A DNA stretch of 62,931 nucleotides, counting the filler, from Olpidium bornovanus S191 (lineage: Eukaryota > Fungi > Olpidiomycota), in NCBI GenBank assembly GCA_017911155.1. It is 27 parts of 27 records of this genome, joined end to end, with 100 filler letters (N's around TTAATTAATTAA, not from the genome) between each part and the next. Parts side by side here need not be neighbours in the genome. Positions count along the whole stretch, not along the records: positions 10,672 to 13,914 come from JAEFCI010006105.1; positions 14,015 to 15,835 come from JAEFCI010007591.1; positions 15,936 to 18,481 come from JAEFCI010000160.1; positions 18,582 to 21,846 come from JAEFCI010006533.1; positions 21,947 to 23,512 come from JAEFCI010008573.1; positions 23,613 to 25,015 come from JAEFCI010010722.1; 21 more parts are not named here. One strand, 5' to 3'. Below the pieces are notes generated by a model. The model saw only the letters and a program-made list of their open reading frames with translations, did not search any database and was not told the DNA's origin. Within the stretch, counting starts at the first letter, position 1. Each line of letters begins with the position of its first letter. The position numbers were made by a program, and so were the translations under genes. Shown one piece after another: positions 11,188 to 24,106 of this stretch.

Positions 11188-12298
11188 TCACGGCCCGCCG
11201 TTTGGCGCCGCCGTTCCCGAGACGCCGGACAGCAGTTGTACGTCCGGCCTCGCGTCATTCCGTGTATCCAGGACGGAGCTGCCGATCACTTGCTGCCCGC
11301 CTCCATTCACGATCACCACCGGGTACTCGTCGGTGAATCCGTCGGTGCTCGAAGACGGCGACCCGCTGAACCCGACGCCGCCGCTCGACCCAAGACACAG
11401 CTTTCCCGGAGCTTCCAGCTCCGCGATCTCTAATGCGGTCAAAAATCGGCCCCCTGGACCCCGCGGCCTGCGCATGGCGTGCTTGTGCCGGGACTCGTGC
11501 AGATATGGCTGCGCAAACGAGATCAAGGACGGAAAAGCGGTGACAGACAGCGTTGAGGCAATGAGATGCGGGAGCGGACGCTCGGGTGGAACACGCTATA
11601 CGTTGGAAGGCGGGGCATCCGGCGCCGACTGGAGGCAGCAACAAGCCGACAAAAATGGACACCACAAGGCCGGGCGTTTGCGAGCAGAGCAGAAACGCAA
11701 TACCTTCCACGCGGGCACTCCGCGAACAGAGAGCAAAGGGGCAGAGGGCATGCGCGAAATACACCTCGGTCCACCTGCACCGCTCACCTTCCGGGCTTTC
11801 ACAAGCTTGTTCAGCTCTTCGAGCTGCCCCCTCGCTACCCTCCTCTTCAGTATCCGGTGGTACTGCTTGGCGTTCACGTACAGAGGCTGTTCCTCGACTA
11901 AAAGCGTGGCCCCAACCGGCGCCTGCGCCGGATGGCCTTGCGTCGCTAACGCCGACGCCGCGGCGGCGGCGGCGGCGGAAGCCATCGCGTTGGCGTCGTG
12001 CGCCGCGGCGGTTGCAACGGAGGCGGGAACGCCGTACACGGCCGCCTGGTTCACTTGACCCAGCGAACCCGGGGGGACAACCTGTCGCGCAGAGCAGCGA
12101 AAAGAGCCCGGGGGTCAGTTGCGAGCCGGCGGTTTGCGACACCCTTATCGCCTTGTTCATCGTTACCGACCACCGTCTCGTACGCTTGATGGGGATATGA
12201 CACGAGTCCTCGTTGTGCGAATGCTCGGGATAGGTCTGCCGGCTGGTGGGGTCCGAAAAAGCGGCCGGCATCAGAAAGGGACATTGGGAGGGGGGAAG

Positions 12299-12333
<35 letters not shown>

Positions 12334-12624
12334 AAAAAAAATTGGGGAGTCGGGCCGCGGTCTGGTACGCTGTCCGTGGGTATCGTACGAAGAGCACGCG
12401 TGCGCTGTAGAAAAAGAGACCGGGAGACCGTCCTCAAAAGCGGCGGAGTCCGCCCGCCCGCAGAAGAGATTCCAGGGGCAAAAGCTCACCAGCTCCACCG
12501 CAGAAGCCTGCATAACGGAGTATGCCGGCGCGGCGTTGGCGTGGAGGTACGTCTGCTGCTGGTGCTGGCGCTGCTGCGACTCGTCGGCCAAGGCGTGCCG
12601 CAGGCGGTGGTCGGAGGAGTTCAT
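11188..12624 (-). CDS. HAP2: CCAAT-binding factor subunit Hap2/HapB (NF-YA), multi-exon
   Basis: Core EEQPLYVNAKQYHRILKRRVARGQLEELNKLVKARK | intron 11787-11515 | PYLHESRHKHAMRRPRGPGGRFLT. The likely ATG is 12624; middle exon boundaries are uncertain. Confidence 0.93.
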
Positions 12625-13004
12625 GGCCGCGCGCAGACGCAGGACACCGCAGGCCGCCGGCCGGGCGCGGCCGCGGCCGATGAGCGCGCCGACTGTCCGA
12701 TGGGCGGTCAAAGGAGGAGCAGGCAACCCGCCGCCGTAGGACGAGGAGGAGGAGGAGACGCGTGGGCGAGGCGCGAAACGGCGGAGGAGGCGGGCTTCTC
12801 CTTCTTCCCGCCGGGCAGTGCGCAAGCGCAAGCGGCCCACTTGCGAGGACGGCGCAGAAGGACGCCGGACATGGACCGGGAAGGAAAGGCGGGCGGACGT
12901 GCGTGAGGAGGGAGAGGGGGGAAGAGGGCGGCGTCGGCTTCGGCTGGGCTGGGGGTTCAAGGGACCTTGCGTGGGCGGTGCGTCGCGGGGGAGCGTGCGT
13001 GCGT

Positions 13005-13058
13005 GCGGGCGGGCGGGCGGGCGGGCGGGCGGGCGGGCGTGCGCCGCCTCTATCCGCG

Positions 13059-13097
<39 letters not shown>

Positions 13098-13486
13098 TTT
13101 TCTCTTTTTTTTTTTTTTTTTTTCTCTCTCTCTCTCTTTTTTTTTTTTTCTCTCGCTTTTCCTCTCTGCCGCGCTTTTCGCTCTCTCTTTCACTCCTCGC
13201 GCTCTCTCTCGCCAAGGGTGCCCCCCCCCCTTCCCCCGCTCCCGCGCTCTCCCTCCGTCCCCCTCCTCTCTCTCTTACCTGGCAGACGGAGGCCGAGAAA
13301 ACGAAGAGGCGAGTGGGTGACAAGACGGAGAGAGGGAGCAGAGAAAGGGCTTTTTTGAGGCAGGTAAAAGAAAGAAGAAGAGGGAGGCTGTGAAAACACG
13401 CGGAGGCGGAGAGGCGGAGGATCGGCCGCCGCGTTGCCCGGCGTGGCGCGGGGGCCCGGGGGAAGAGGGAGGGGGGGGGGGGGGGG

Positions 13487-13536
<50 letters not shown>

Positions 13537-13602
13537 GCCGCGGGTGTGAGAGCGAGAGCGAGAGCGAGAGAGAGAGCGAGAGCGAGAGCGAGAGCGAGAG
13601 AG
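13005..13602. repeat. Microsatellite/homopolymer cluster: (GCGG)n, (CT)n, poly-T, poly-G, (GAGAGC)n
   Basis: (GCGG)n ~13005-13035, (CT)n ~13061-13092, poly-G ~13470-13535, (GAGAGC)n ~13548-13602, upstream of HAP2. Confidence 0.9.
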
Positions 13603-13784
13603 AAAACGCGGGGAAAGGAAAGCGGGGCGGGGGTGTTGGGGGGGAGGGGGCGGCGGGGATTTTGAGCGCGGGTTCCCTGCCGCTGCCCGAAATACCAAAA
13701 AAAAAAAAAAAAAAAACAGCGCGTGCGGCTGAGCGGGCGTGCGTCGCACGGGGAGAGAAAAAAAAAAAAAAAAAAAAAAAAAAA

Positions 13785-13822
<38 letters not shown>

Positions 13823-14052
13823 CGCCGTCCCCCCCCCCCCCCCCCCCCCCCCCTCCCCCCCCCCCCCCGCCCCCCCCCCCCCCCCCCCCCCCCCCGCCGC
13901 AGCCCCCCGCGCGGNNNNNNNNNNNNNNNNNNNNNNNNNNNNNNNNNNNNNNNNNNNNTTAATTAATTAANNNNNNNNNNNNNNNNNNNNNNNNNNNNNN
14001 NNNNNNNNNNNNNNCCGCGCGCGGGCGGGGCGGGGGGGGGGGGGGGCGGGGG

Positions 14053-14111
<59 letters not shown>

Positions 14112-14520
14112 GGCAGGCCGGCCGGGCACCGGCTCCCGAGTTCCAACGCCTTTCCGTCCAGGACGGTCGGATTCCCCCCTCTTTGTGCGGGGCCTGCCGC
14201 GGACGCGCCGAGCTTGCCCAGGGGCGGGGAGGGGGCGGGGGGGGGGGGGGGGGGGGGGGGGGCCCCCCCCCCCCGGGCCCCCCCCCCCCGGGGGGGGGGG
14301 GGGGGGGGGGGAAAGAGGGGGGGGGGGGGGGGGGGGGAAAACCCCCCCCCCCCCCCCCCCCGAAAACCGCCCTTTATGATCCCGCTGGTCGCGCGCGAAC
14401 TGCGCACGTATTCTGCGTCCGACAAGGCCGACTTTCGTTGCTGTTGCCTTTGGTGCGTAGACTGCCCTGCAGTCTGAAACGTGAAACCCCGCCGGTCTCC
14501 GTCTGTCTGCCTGTTTGCAG

Positions 14521-15835
14521 GTCTTCCCGCGCCGCGCGGAAGGAGGATCTAGCCGATAGCACCTCGCCGCCAGCTAGTAAAGCTTTCCCGTCGTCACCCG
14601 TCACAGACGGGGTAGAGGGTCCGTTCAACGAAGTGGATGGTTACGATGAGCAGTTTCGTGGCGACGCCAAAGACCGGGCATGGTCAGTTTGTTTTTTTAC
14701 TTCGTACGTTGGACGCCGCTGCTGGTGTGTGCGAATATTCTCACCGATTTGTGTGGGGTTTGCCTCTTTTCCATATACGTCGCCTTCGTCTCGGCAAAGG
14801 TTGGCGAAATTGTCGGAGATTGAGCGTGAACGGGTCATAGCAGAAAGGGCAGAGCGAGTGCGTATTTTATCTTTGTTAATGCACGGGGAGTCTGCGGACT
14901 TGGCATTGGGCATAATGCTAACAGATATTTCTGCTGCGGTCCAGCGTCAAAGACTCCTCGAGCATCGTGAGATACAATCCCGCTTGGGCGCGGACGCTGG
15001 TGTTGGTTATCGTCGTACGTAAAATGCCGTCGATCTTATCATTCGGGTTCCCGCACTCTTTTTGTATGCCGAGGTGAATTATGTCTGATTTGATGGCCTC
15101 TGTTGTTGAATGTTTTTTGGACTCCGCAGGATCATCCCGCAAGTCTGGGTTGATTTCGAACATGGAGAAATCTGAGAGCTTGCGCGAGTTGAAGCGCCGG
15201 CGAGAGGACAAGGGGGCGCGGAAGGTGGCCCGCGGCGATTCTCCGAGGGACGACACAGGCCACGGGAATCGTCGCGACTCCGAGGGCACCAGTGGATCCG
15301 GGAGCGATGAGACACGGGAGGGAGCGCGGAGGCAGGAAGATAGCAATAGCGAGGAGTCGAAGGTCTGTTTTGCTTGTGCCCGTCGCATCCCTTCCTCCCC
15401 CACCTCCTCCACGCTTTGCCTGCTACGGCTGGGGCTCATCGCATCCCTTGCGGTTTTGGAACTTTCAGTCCGCCGTACCCGTCCCTCTTCCCAGCTTTGT
15501 AAATCTTTACGTGCGACGCAGCAATCTCGCCAAATGGGTCCACGCGCCCTATTTTGAACGGGCGGTGATCGGTGGGTTGCCGTCGGGCTTGCCTACAACT
15601 GCGCCTAGCCCAACGGTTTTTTTGATCCCGAACCTTCGGCTTGTGCAGGAGCGTTTGTGCGAGTGTCGTCGGGGGAAGGAGTATACCGCGTTGCGCGCGT
15701 GAAGGGTTGGTTATCATGGAAGCGTTGTCCCACTTTGGTAGTTTTGCATAGTTATTGATCTCCTTATCTGGGCTGTTGTGTACGGCAGACGTTGTTCCAC
15801 ATTCCAAGGCGTATCCCCTCGAGCAAACCGTGACG
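14521..15835 (+). CDS. RTF1: Rtf1 (Paf1 complex, Plus3 domain), partial multi-exon
   Basis: Exons encode DGYDEQFRGDAKDRAW|LAKLSEIERERVIAERAER; KSESLRELKRRRE; and the Plus3 start NLYVRRSNLAKWVHAPYFERAVIG, GAFVRVSSGEGVYRVARVK, VVPHSKAYPLEQTVT. Start codon not resolved. Confidence 0.8.
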
Positions 15836-15959
15836 NNNNNNNNNNNNNNNNNNNNNNNNNNNNNNNNNNNNNNNNNNNNTTAATTAATTAANNNNNNNNN
15901 NNNNNNNNNNNNNNNNNNNNNNNNNNNNNNNNNNNCCCGCCAGCAAACCAGCCGCCCCC

Positions 15960-17280
15960 ATGGGTACGTGCAGCATAACTCGCCCCCGTCCGCCCGCGAC
16001 GCACGCAGCCCGCCCATCCCATCCCATCCCGTCCCGGATCCCGTCCCGCGCGGCTTCGGCGCGGCAGCGGCGTTGTTTGCCTCTCCGCTTCGCCTGACCG
16101 GCCGGCCGGCTCAGAGGGGCGGATGCTTATTCGCCGCGATGGCACCCCGCCGCGTGGCCTCAAAAACCACGGCGGCCGGGCGCGGCGCTTCGCCGCCGCC
16201 GTAGTGGGCTGTCGGCGCTGCATTTTGCTCCGCGCAGCGCCGCGGCCGCGGCGAAGGTTTTCTGCCCGCGCCCCTACTGAATGCCGCGGGGAGCAGGAGC
16301 GCACCGGGCCTCGCTCCGGCGTCTTTTCTGCCATGTAAACACGTTTTGCCGTCCTCCCGCACCCCCTCCACTCACCCGCTCCCCGTCGGGCACCTTCGCC
16401 GGCACTGCACCCTTGCAGGTATCAGCCGCGATTCTCGCCACAAGCGTTCCGCCACCGGCGCCAAGCGGGCCCAGTACCGCAAGAAGCGCAAGTTCGAGCT
16501 CGGCCGCCAGCCGGCCAACACCAAGCTCGGCGCCAAGCGTATCCACACCGTCCGCGTCCGCGGAGGCAACACCAAGTTTCGCGCCCTCCGCTTGGACACC
16601 GGGAACTTCTCGTGGGGCTCCGAGTCCGTGACTCGGAAGACCCGCCTTGTCGACGTTGTCTACAACGCCTCCAACAACGAGCTTGTGCGCACCAAAACTC
16701 TTGTCAAGAACGCCATCGTCCAGGTTGATGCCACCCCGTTCCGCCAGTGGTACGAGGCCCACTATGCCCTGCCTATCGGTCGCAAGAAGGGCAAGAAGGT
16801 CGACCAGAAGGTGCGGCGCGGCGCTCTCGACTGCTTGACCGCGATTTGCTAAAGGAAACGCAAAGCTTTTGCGGGCAGTCCGTGAGATGCTTTTCCGTTG
16901 TCGAAAGATTGGTTTACTAAATCTAGAAACGACTTTACGTGCACTTTAGGAGCACGTCGGCGCCGATGGCAAGCCGATCCCCGATCCGCTGACTAAGCCC
17001 CGCAGCAACCACGTTCAGCGCAAGGTCGACGCGCGGAAGGCTTCCGCGAAGGTCGACCCCCACCTTGACGAGCAGTTTGTGACCGGTCTTTTATATGCCG
17101 CCGTTTCCTCTCGTCCTGGCCAATCCGGCCGCTGCGACGGCTACGTGAGTTTCTGTTTATGTAGCGCGGAGAAGTGTAGGTCGATTCTCCGGCACGTCTA
17201 ATCGGCCGATTGTTTGCGTTTAGATTCTCGAGGGAGAAGAACTTGCATTCTACTTGCGCAAGATTCGTGCCAAGAAATAA
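15960..17280 (+). CDS. RPS8: 40S ribosomal protein S8 (eS8), complete, join(15960..15963,16419..16810,16950..17144,17224..17280), 215 aa
   Basis: MG|[35 protein letters not shown]...[15 protein letters not shown]...[15 protein letters not shown]...[13 protein letters not shown]|[18 protein letters not shown]. All introns are GT-AG and phase-consistent (648 nt total). Confidence 0.97.
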
Positions 17281-18361
17281 ACAGCAGCCCTACGTCGGCA
17301 GTGCCCTGCCGCGAACGTCTTGTCGCGTGTCTGTGACAACTTGCGGTTTTGTATTGTATCGGATTTTCGGGCAACTATTTGCGCTTTGGGCAACCTCCGT
17401 CGTGGTCACCTCGTTTTTCGCTGTTGATGCCACCCCGGCGACCTGAATGACCGGGATATAGGCTGGATTTTGCCGGTCCTTGTGATATGGGAGCTACAGC
17501 AAATTTTTTCCAACCAGCAATGTGTTCCTTGCGACATCCGTTGCGAGCAGTCGACGCGCGCGTTGGTCTGTCCAGGGCGAATACATCGCCGGTGCACGAT
17601 TTGGCACGCCCGCGGTTCCCACAATGGTCAAAAAAGGGAATTGTTTGTCGCGACGTTCGGCTAGAAGCCATCACGGGGGGGGGTGGGGTGGCGGGAGGCC
17701 TTACGGAAGAAATGTCGATTGAACCCCACCTCCTCCGCGGGCGGCTGCGCTGTCACCAGCTGTTTGTAGTGCGTGCTGTTTCGGCCGTGACCCGTTTGAT
17801 GCATATGGCGAGTTACCCGGTCGTGTGCGCCGACCGTGCTGGCGCATCTTCATATCAGCTGCCGAAATGAGAAAAAAAAACGTCTTCGACAAAGCGGGAT
17901 CCTCGAAAATGGGGATTCGCAAGATTTTTTTGCGGACGCCGCGGGGACGTTTTCTGTTTCGCAGGATTGGAAGGGAGGGGGGTAAGGAATTTGAATACTT
18001 GTAGAATGATGAACCCTCTCGTAGAACCAGAACTAGCTCAACAACCCCCAATAAAAAGGAATAAAAAAGAAACGTCCGCGGGAGGGCGAGCGGAGCGCGA
18101 GTAGGGCGTTTTGCAGACAATCTTTTTTTAGTATTGGCGCCAGAGCCTTCTGGCTGTTCGAGGAAAATGCCGACATCGATGCGGCAATGGAGGGGCGCGA
18201 GTGTGATGACACGTTGGACGAATCTCCCAGCCGTGGAGGGACGGCGATGGCGATGACTAGGCGCAAGGCCGGAGCCTGCAACGACTGGGCTGTAGGTCTC
18301 CGACGAAGTCGACGGGGGAAAAAAGTCCGCGCCGCTCGGGCGCCTCCCGCCCCGGGCGGGT

Positions 18362-18481
<120 letters not shown>

Positions 18482-18592
18482 NNNNNNNNNNNNNNNNNNN
18501 NNNNNNNNNNNNNNNNNNNNNNNNNTTAATTAATTAANNNNNNNNNNNNNNNNNNNNNNNNNNNNNNNNNNNNNNNNNNNNCGGCGTGCGTT

Positions 18593-18626
<34 letters not shown>

Positions 18627-18877
18627 CTTTCTTTCTCTTCCAAGTTGCTTGCTTTGTTCAAATCTGAGAAAAACGCGGCGCTGGTTCGGAAAAGCTCTCT
18701 TTTTCCCGGCGGGCAAAATCTGACCCCCCCCTGCGGGGGGGTTAGAAGTGTCTTCTTTTCTTTTTTTTTCTCCCCTGGTGCGAACGCACGCACTCACTCG
18801 CTCGCTCTCATTCTCCATCACTCGCACTCACACTCGCTCACTCTTACTCTCACTCTCACTCTCACTCACTCCCTCAG

Positions 18878-20722
18878 GTGCCGGTTTGCAGGCCTGCGCG
18901 GGTCTGCAACACCTTTTGGCAAATCAGTTGCAGGTTCTTGTAGGTGTTTTCGTTGCTTTCATCCCAACCCTCGGGGCGGGGCTGCCACCTGTTTTTTTGC
19001 CCTCCTGACCCCAAAGTACCGCGCGTTTGACTCTACACGACCAGGGCGAAACCACCAAAACGGTCTTCCAAGAACCGCTGAAAGCACATTGTGGCGAGTA
19101 CGAAGCTAAAGTCAAGGTGAGTCCGGCCCCCCCGACCGCGGCGCGTTCACGACCGGCGGTATTTTCGGTGGCTCGTCCTGACAGCACGGCCCTTGGCCGC
19201 CGACTCTCAGAGCGACGAAGTGGAGTATCGGCAGACGGTGGCTGCGTTAGGGGAAGCCATCCGGCAAACGGAAGCGCGATCGTACCAAATGGGCCGGCGC
19301 GGTGAGCGTGACCTGACGGCTTTCCGGAACGCGCTCGTGGACATCACAAGGCAGGTGAAAGAACTGGAAACTGTCAAGGCCGCGTATTATTGGGGAGTCT
19401 GCGAGACGCAGAACTTGAGTGTGGCGCTTATTCTGCAGGCCGCCGCGGCCGTCGTTCGCGCCGAGGTCGACGTTTTCGAGCGCGTCTCCCAAAAGGGGTT
19501 CTCGGACCCTATACTTGAGCCGGTATGTTTTCTCCTCTTCACCGGGCGTTTTGAGCAAGTCGCGCTGCGCGCGCTGACGACTGCAAGGCACTCCCGCGCC
19601 GCCCTCTTCCTCTAGATAATTCTCTCGGTGCCGGATCCATTCGAGTCGTACCCGTCGGCGGACCCGGGACAGTTGTTCACCGTTCTTCCGCCGTTGCTGC
19701 CGGCGACGAGCGAGATCTTTGGTGCCGGCGGCGTGGTCATGATCGACTCAGCCGGCGAGGGCGCCGAACCGTACGGCGGTACCGGACCGGCCGGCGATGC
19801 GCGCACCGTCCCGAAACACGACCCGGCCGCGGTCAGCGCCTTCGCCTCGCTGTTCGGCGCGACTGCGAACGAAGTCCTGCGCCGGCAGCAGATGGAGGAT
19901 GCCGCGGCAATCGTAGGCTCGGAAGTTTGGGCGGAATATCGGAGCGGTCGCTCAGAGGGGTCCCCGCTCGTCCAACGCGGCTCGGACGGGGAGACGGCGT
20001 GCGGGCCTGACGACCAGCAAGTGCACTGCGCCTCGGATTACGGCGCGCCAGACCCTGACGAGCCCGCCCCGGCGGGAATCGGGCACCCCGCCGCATATCA
20101 GGGGTCGCTTCTTCGTTTTGAAGACGCCGCCGCCTTCGCCGCCTCTGTCAATCGCGGAACATCCCCCGCGCCCGCGTCCGGCGCGCCGCATCCGCCGCCG
20201 GCGGAAGGCGAGGAGCGCGCGGACGCCGAGGGGGCGGCGGATCGTGGCGCGGCGCAGACGGCGGGAAACATCGTCGCGCGCGCGTCGGCTGTCCCGACCC
20301 CGGTGTTGGCCGGCGGCGACGCCGTCGCTTGCGACCTCATCGCGAATCACCGCGACCACCACCACCCCAGCGGCGGCGGCCCGTTGTCGTCGTCCGGAGA
20401 AAACGACGGAGCGCCGCCGCGTCACCACCGGTCGCCGAAGCTTCCACCATCGCCGCCGGGTCAGCCCTGCGAACGGCGCGCCGACGCGCCCGCGTGCTCG
20501 CTCACGCCGCCAGCCGCCGCCGCCGCAACCGCCGCCGCAACCGCCGCGGCGCCACCTCTGCTTCCTCCTCCGCCGTCTCCTGTCCCGTCCAGGCGCCCGC
20601 CGTCGTCCGACGCTTCCGACTTCTCGACGTGTCTGGAGACCTCCCGCTTCGATTTCCGGCACCCTCCGTCCGACCGCGCGGAATACTCCCTCCTGGTGCC
20701 GCCGGACTCTGAAGTCGACTGA
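18878..20722 (+). CDS. Fungal IMD/I-BAR domain protein (Ivy1-like), 5'-partial, with long Pro/Ala-rich tail
   Basis: Exons: CAGLQHLLANQLQVL; TVFQEPLKAHCGEYEAKVK; RDLTAFRNALVDITRQVKELE...AVVRAEVDVFERVSQKGFSDPILEP; IILSVPDPFESYP...DSEVD*. The VRAEVDxFE-xx-KG motif is recalled from filamentous-fungal I-BAR proteins. Confidence 0.65.
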
Positions 20723-22129
20723 CCGTGACCCGAAGGGGTCGTGGAGCGGCGGCCGAGAAGGGGCGGGGCGGGTGGGCGTGGCTGTTTATTTATCTATTTG
20801 TTTATTTTTTTTGCAGAATCTACGCCGACGACCCCGCACCCGTCTCTCCCCACCCTCCGTCCGTCCTCGTTATCACAAATGTCGGAAACATTGGGGAATA
20901 CGTAACGTTTTCTCGTCCCTTCCCCCCTCCCCCCACCCAACCATCTCATTTTTTTTAAAAAAACATACGGTCACACATTCTTCGGGGATGGGCGCGCCCC
21001 GCGTGCGTTTTGCATTTCTTGCCTGCGAGAAAAAGCGGGAACGTTTTGAGCAGGAATTTGCGCCGCAAATAAAAAGAAAAAAAAAATACACGCGGCGCTT
21101 TTTTTATTTATGTAAATTGGCAATCAGCAATCCGCAATCGCCGTTTACTCTCTTTTCTGGGACATCGCCGGTTTACACCGGCGCCGGCGCGTGGAGGGAC
21201 AAACCCACCCTTGAAGTGGTTTGAGTGGAATGAAAAGGAAGAGGAGGGAGCCTGGCTTCCCCCCCCCCCCGCCGCTTTGGGGAACCTTTTCCCCGTTCTT
21301 TCCCAGCCGCGCTGAAACACACGGCGGAAAAAAAAAAAAAAAAAAAAAACCGCCCCCCCCCCCCCGCCCCCCTCTCCCCAAGCCACAGCTCTTCCGTGCG
21401 CTCAAAAAAAAAAAAAAAAAAAAAAAATCCCAAAACCCCCGGGGAAAAAAAAAAAAAAAAAAAAAACCACGCCCCCGGGCCCGCCCGCCAGCGCGCGCAC
21501 ACGCACCGCACGCCCCGCACGCACGCTTCCCTCCTCGGGGGTGGGGAGGGGACCGGCTTGCCCGCACACCACCTTTCCGTCTTCCTTCCTTCCTTCCGCC
21601 GGCTGCTGAAAGGAGGGGGGGGGGAAGCCGCCGCCCTTCTTTCCCGCCGGGCCCCTCCTCTCCCGCGCCCGGGAAACCCCAACTTCGCGTCCGCCCCGCG
21701 CTCGCCTAGCCCCCTCTTGCGGCCGTCGCCGCGTCGCCCTTGTTCCCTCCTCTTCTTTCCCTCTCCCCCGGCCTCGAGAGATATCGGGGGAACGGACACC
21801 CGCAGACCTTCATCCCATCCGGCCTCCCAACGGACCTACCTGTCCCNNNNNNNNNNNNNNNNNNNNNNNNNNNNNNNNNNNNNNNNNNNNTTAATTAATT
21901 AANNNNNNNNNNNNNNNNNNNNNNNNNNNNNNNNNNNNNNNNNNNNGCATTTGCGCTCCCCGGGTAAGGCGTTCCGATGCGGCATACTTTTTCCCCAATC
22001 CACGATGTTTCTCACCGGTGTCGCTTGGGCCTCGCTAGCGCTATAATTGCCGCCCGTCGATACCATGGGGCCGTCGGAGGGAGGGAGGGGGGGGGGGGGG
22101 GGGGGGTAATCAATTTCTACTTGGTCTCT

Positions 22130-22341
22130 TGTATAGGTTGTAGTACACTATTAACAATACATGAGGTATTGCCAGAATTATACCACTGAACAGGTCTTGA
22201 ATTTATGATTATGATTAGCTAATTATTACGCCTGCTAATGCAAATACATTAAAAGAAAAGCTAATTGCTTAGGCCATGCCCATATCATCTCCTACACTTA
22301 CTCTATTAATAAAACGTCTCTAATCTAAGTTGAACCATACA
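22130..22341. mobile_element. AT-rich 212-bp insertion with TGTAT...ATACA termini (solo LTR or MITE-like)
   Basis: Left end TGTATAGGTT, right end AACCATACA. AATAAA at 22308. Much more AT-rich than its flanks. Flanks GTCTCT / TTCTCT resemble an imperfect target-site duplication. Confidence 0.45.
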
Positions 22342-22344
22342 TTC

Positions 22345-22790
22345 TCTCCGCCTCGTCGTCGGACCCGACGCTATTGATGAGGCCCCTCCGGTGGTTTGCG
22401 GCCCGACCGGTGGCTTCGGGCTCCTCGGCATCAGGGGTCCACCCGTCTAGGCCTCGTTCGTCCAGCGCAGGTCCCCCAGACGCGGGTGCGAAGCCTTGGC
22501 AGTTCTCAAAGAAGTGGACGACCTTGCTCCAGATGATTGCGGCGGCTGGCCGGGTTCCAGAGGCGCCAGCATTTCTGATTCTCCGAGTATCTTACGAACG
22601 CGACGCATTCGGCCCGCGCAGCTGGCTTTCCTTCACGGCGCCCTTCGGAAATGTGCGCGAAAGCCAGGCATCCAACACGCGCAAGTGCCCCAAACTAGTG
22701 GTGGTTTGTCCGGTCCATACCTGCATTCCGGTTCAACTGGGTATCTACCAGATGTTTGTACCAAAGGTGCGCGTGACGGCAAAGTAAACA
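22345..22790 (-). pseudogene. Degenerate Copia integrase C-terminal/SH3 fragment with frameshifts
   Basis: QVWTGQTTTSLGHLRVL /fs/ GCLAFAHISEGRREGKPAARAECVAFVRYSENQKCWRLWNPASR /fs/ IIWSKVVHFFENCQGF. Confidence 0.8.
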
Positions 22791-23465
22791 CGTTCATTCC
22801 TCGCGCCGACGTCGAGTTGCTAACACGACACACCGCCACCCCCCCCTCCCCGCAAAAAAAAACTGAGCAAATTTGATATGCATGACCATGACTTTTTTTT
22901 TTGTTTGCCGCACTCACAAAGTTTTTCCCTCGAAAAAAAAAATTAAAAAGACGGGACACAGCTTCGCCCCAGCCAGAGAAGGAGAAGGGAAAAGGCGGGT
23001 TTGCGGTTATTGCAAAGATCACACACCGGGGGAAGTGGGTGGGCGGCACGTAGCTGAACTTGCAATCAAAAAACAAAATAAAAGAATTGCGACTGGGAAT
23101 TATTGTTTTGATGGGGAGGAAGGGGCGTGGCCCTACGGCAACCGCAACCCGCATGGGGCGGGGGTTGGTAATGAGACAAAAGAGCGAAACGGCACGTGAC
23201 CGTCCCCATGGAAGCGGACAGTTCCCACGTTTGCTCCCCCGTTGACATCCACCGCCGCCCAAGAAGAGAGGTTGAATTACCCGCCAACCCACGAAAAAGA
23301 AAAGTATTATTAGTAGAGCGGCACATCCGCCGCAAACCCACCAAAGCAGCCCTTCCCGCACCCTCCCCACCTCCCGCGCGTTAACCCCTTCGACGATGGA
23401 GGACTCCCCCGCGTTGTCTCCTTCCGCCCACCGGAAGAGGGTTACTCTCCCCGCCTTTGCTCCAT

Positions 23466-23500
<35 letters not shown>

Positions 23501-24106
23501 CGCGCCCGCCCCNNNNNNNNNNNNNNNNNNNNNNNNNNNNNNNNNNNNNNNNNNNNTTAATTAATTAANNNNNNNNNNNNNNNNNNNNNNNNNNNNNNNN
23601 NNNNNNNNNNNNCATGCGTCGCCGTCCCCTTCTCCGCTCAAACGTACAGCGCACGTACAGCGCTCGGCACATCGCCGCGGCACACGCGCGACCCTTTGGA
23701 ATAGCCAACGACTACCTCCCCCCCCCCCCCCCACCCATCACGGTCGCAATTATGGGCCGTGTCCGCGATCGCGTCGAAGAACAGGGCGCGGCCGAGCGTA
23801 AAGAAACGCCCGGCCGTTTATCTCGGCATTTTTGCCCGTCGGCTTTTTGATTCCGCCTCGGTTCCACCTGAGGTGAACGTGATGCTGTCATTTTGGCACG
23901 CCGTTCGCTCGTCCGGTATTGGGAAAAAAAAAAAAAAAAAAGAAAAAAAGGCACTCTTCCGCCCACCCCCCTCCCCCCGCTCGCGCTCCCCTTACACGGC
24001 AGAACACCGACCGCGCCAAAAGATCCCCCCGGCCGCTCCTGCCGACCCGAACCAGCACCGCCTCCACCCCCCTCTGCTCCTGCCACACCCTTGCAAGCAA
24101 AGCAGA

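Noticed and set aside
15964-16418. Intronic snoRNA in RPS8 introns (vertebrate RPS8 hosts several)
   Set aside because: No convincing box C (RTGATGA)/box D pair or H/ACA hairpins seen by eye; a covariance-model search would be needed.
9061-17280. Apparent cluster of chromatin/transcription genes (CHD1, HAP2, RTF1, then RPS8)
   Set aside because: Each gene is on a different contig joined by artificial linkers; the order is not evidence of linkage.
17300-18300. Possible minus-strand gene convergent with RPS8
   Set aside because: Some exon-like open stretches, but I could not build a phase-consistent model or recognise a domain.
21100-21846. Poly-Lys/Phe/Gly/Pro ORFs here and at 6075-6338, 13390-14425, 47258-47475, 56938-57382 and 59476-60221
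   Set aside because: Translations of homopolymer tracts.
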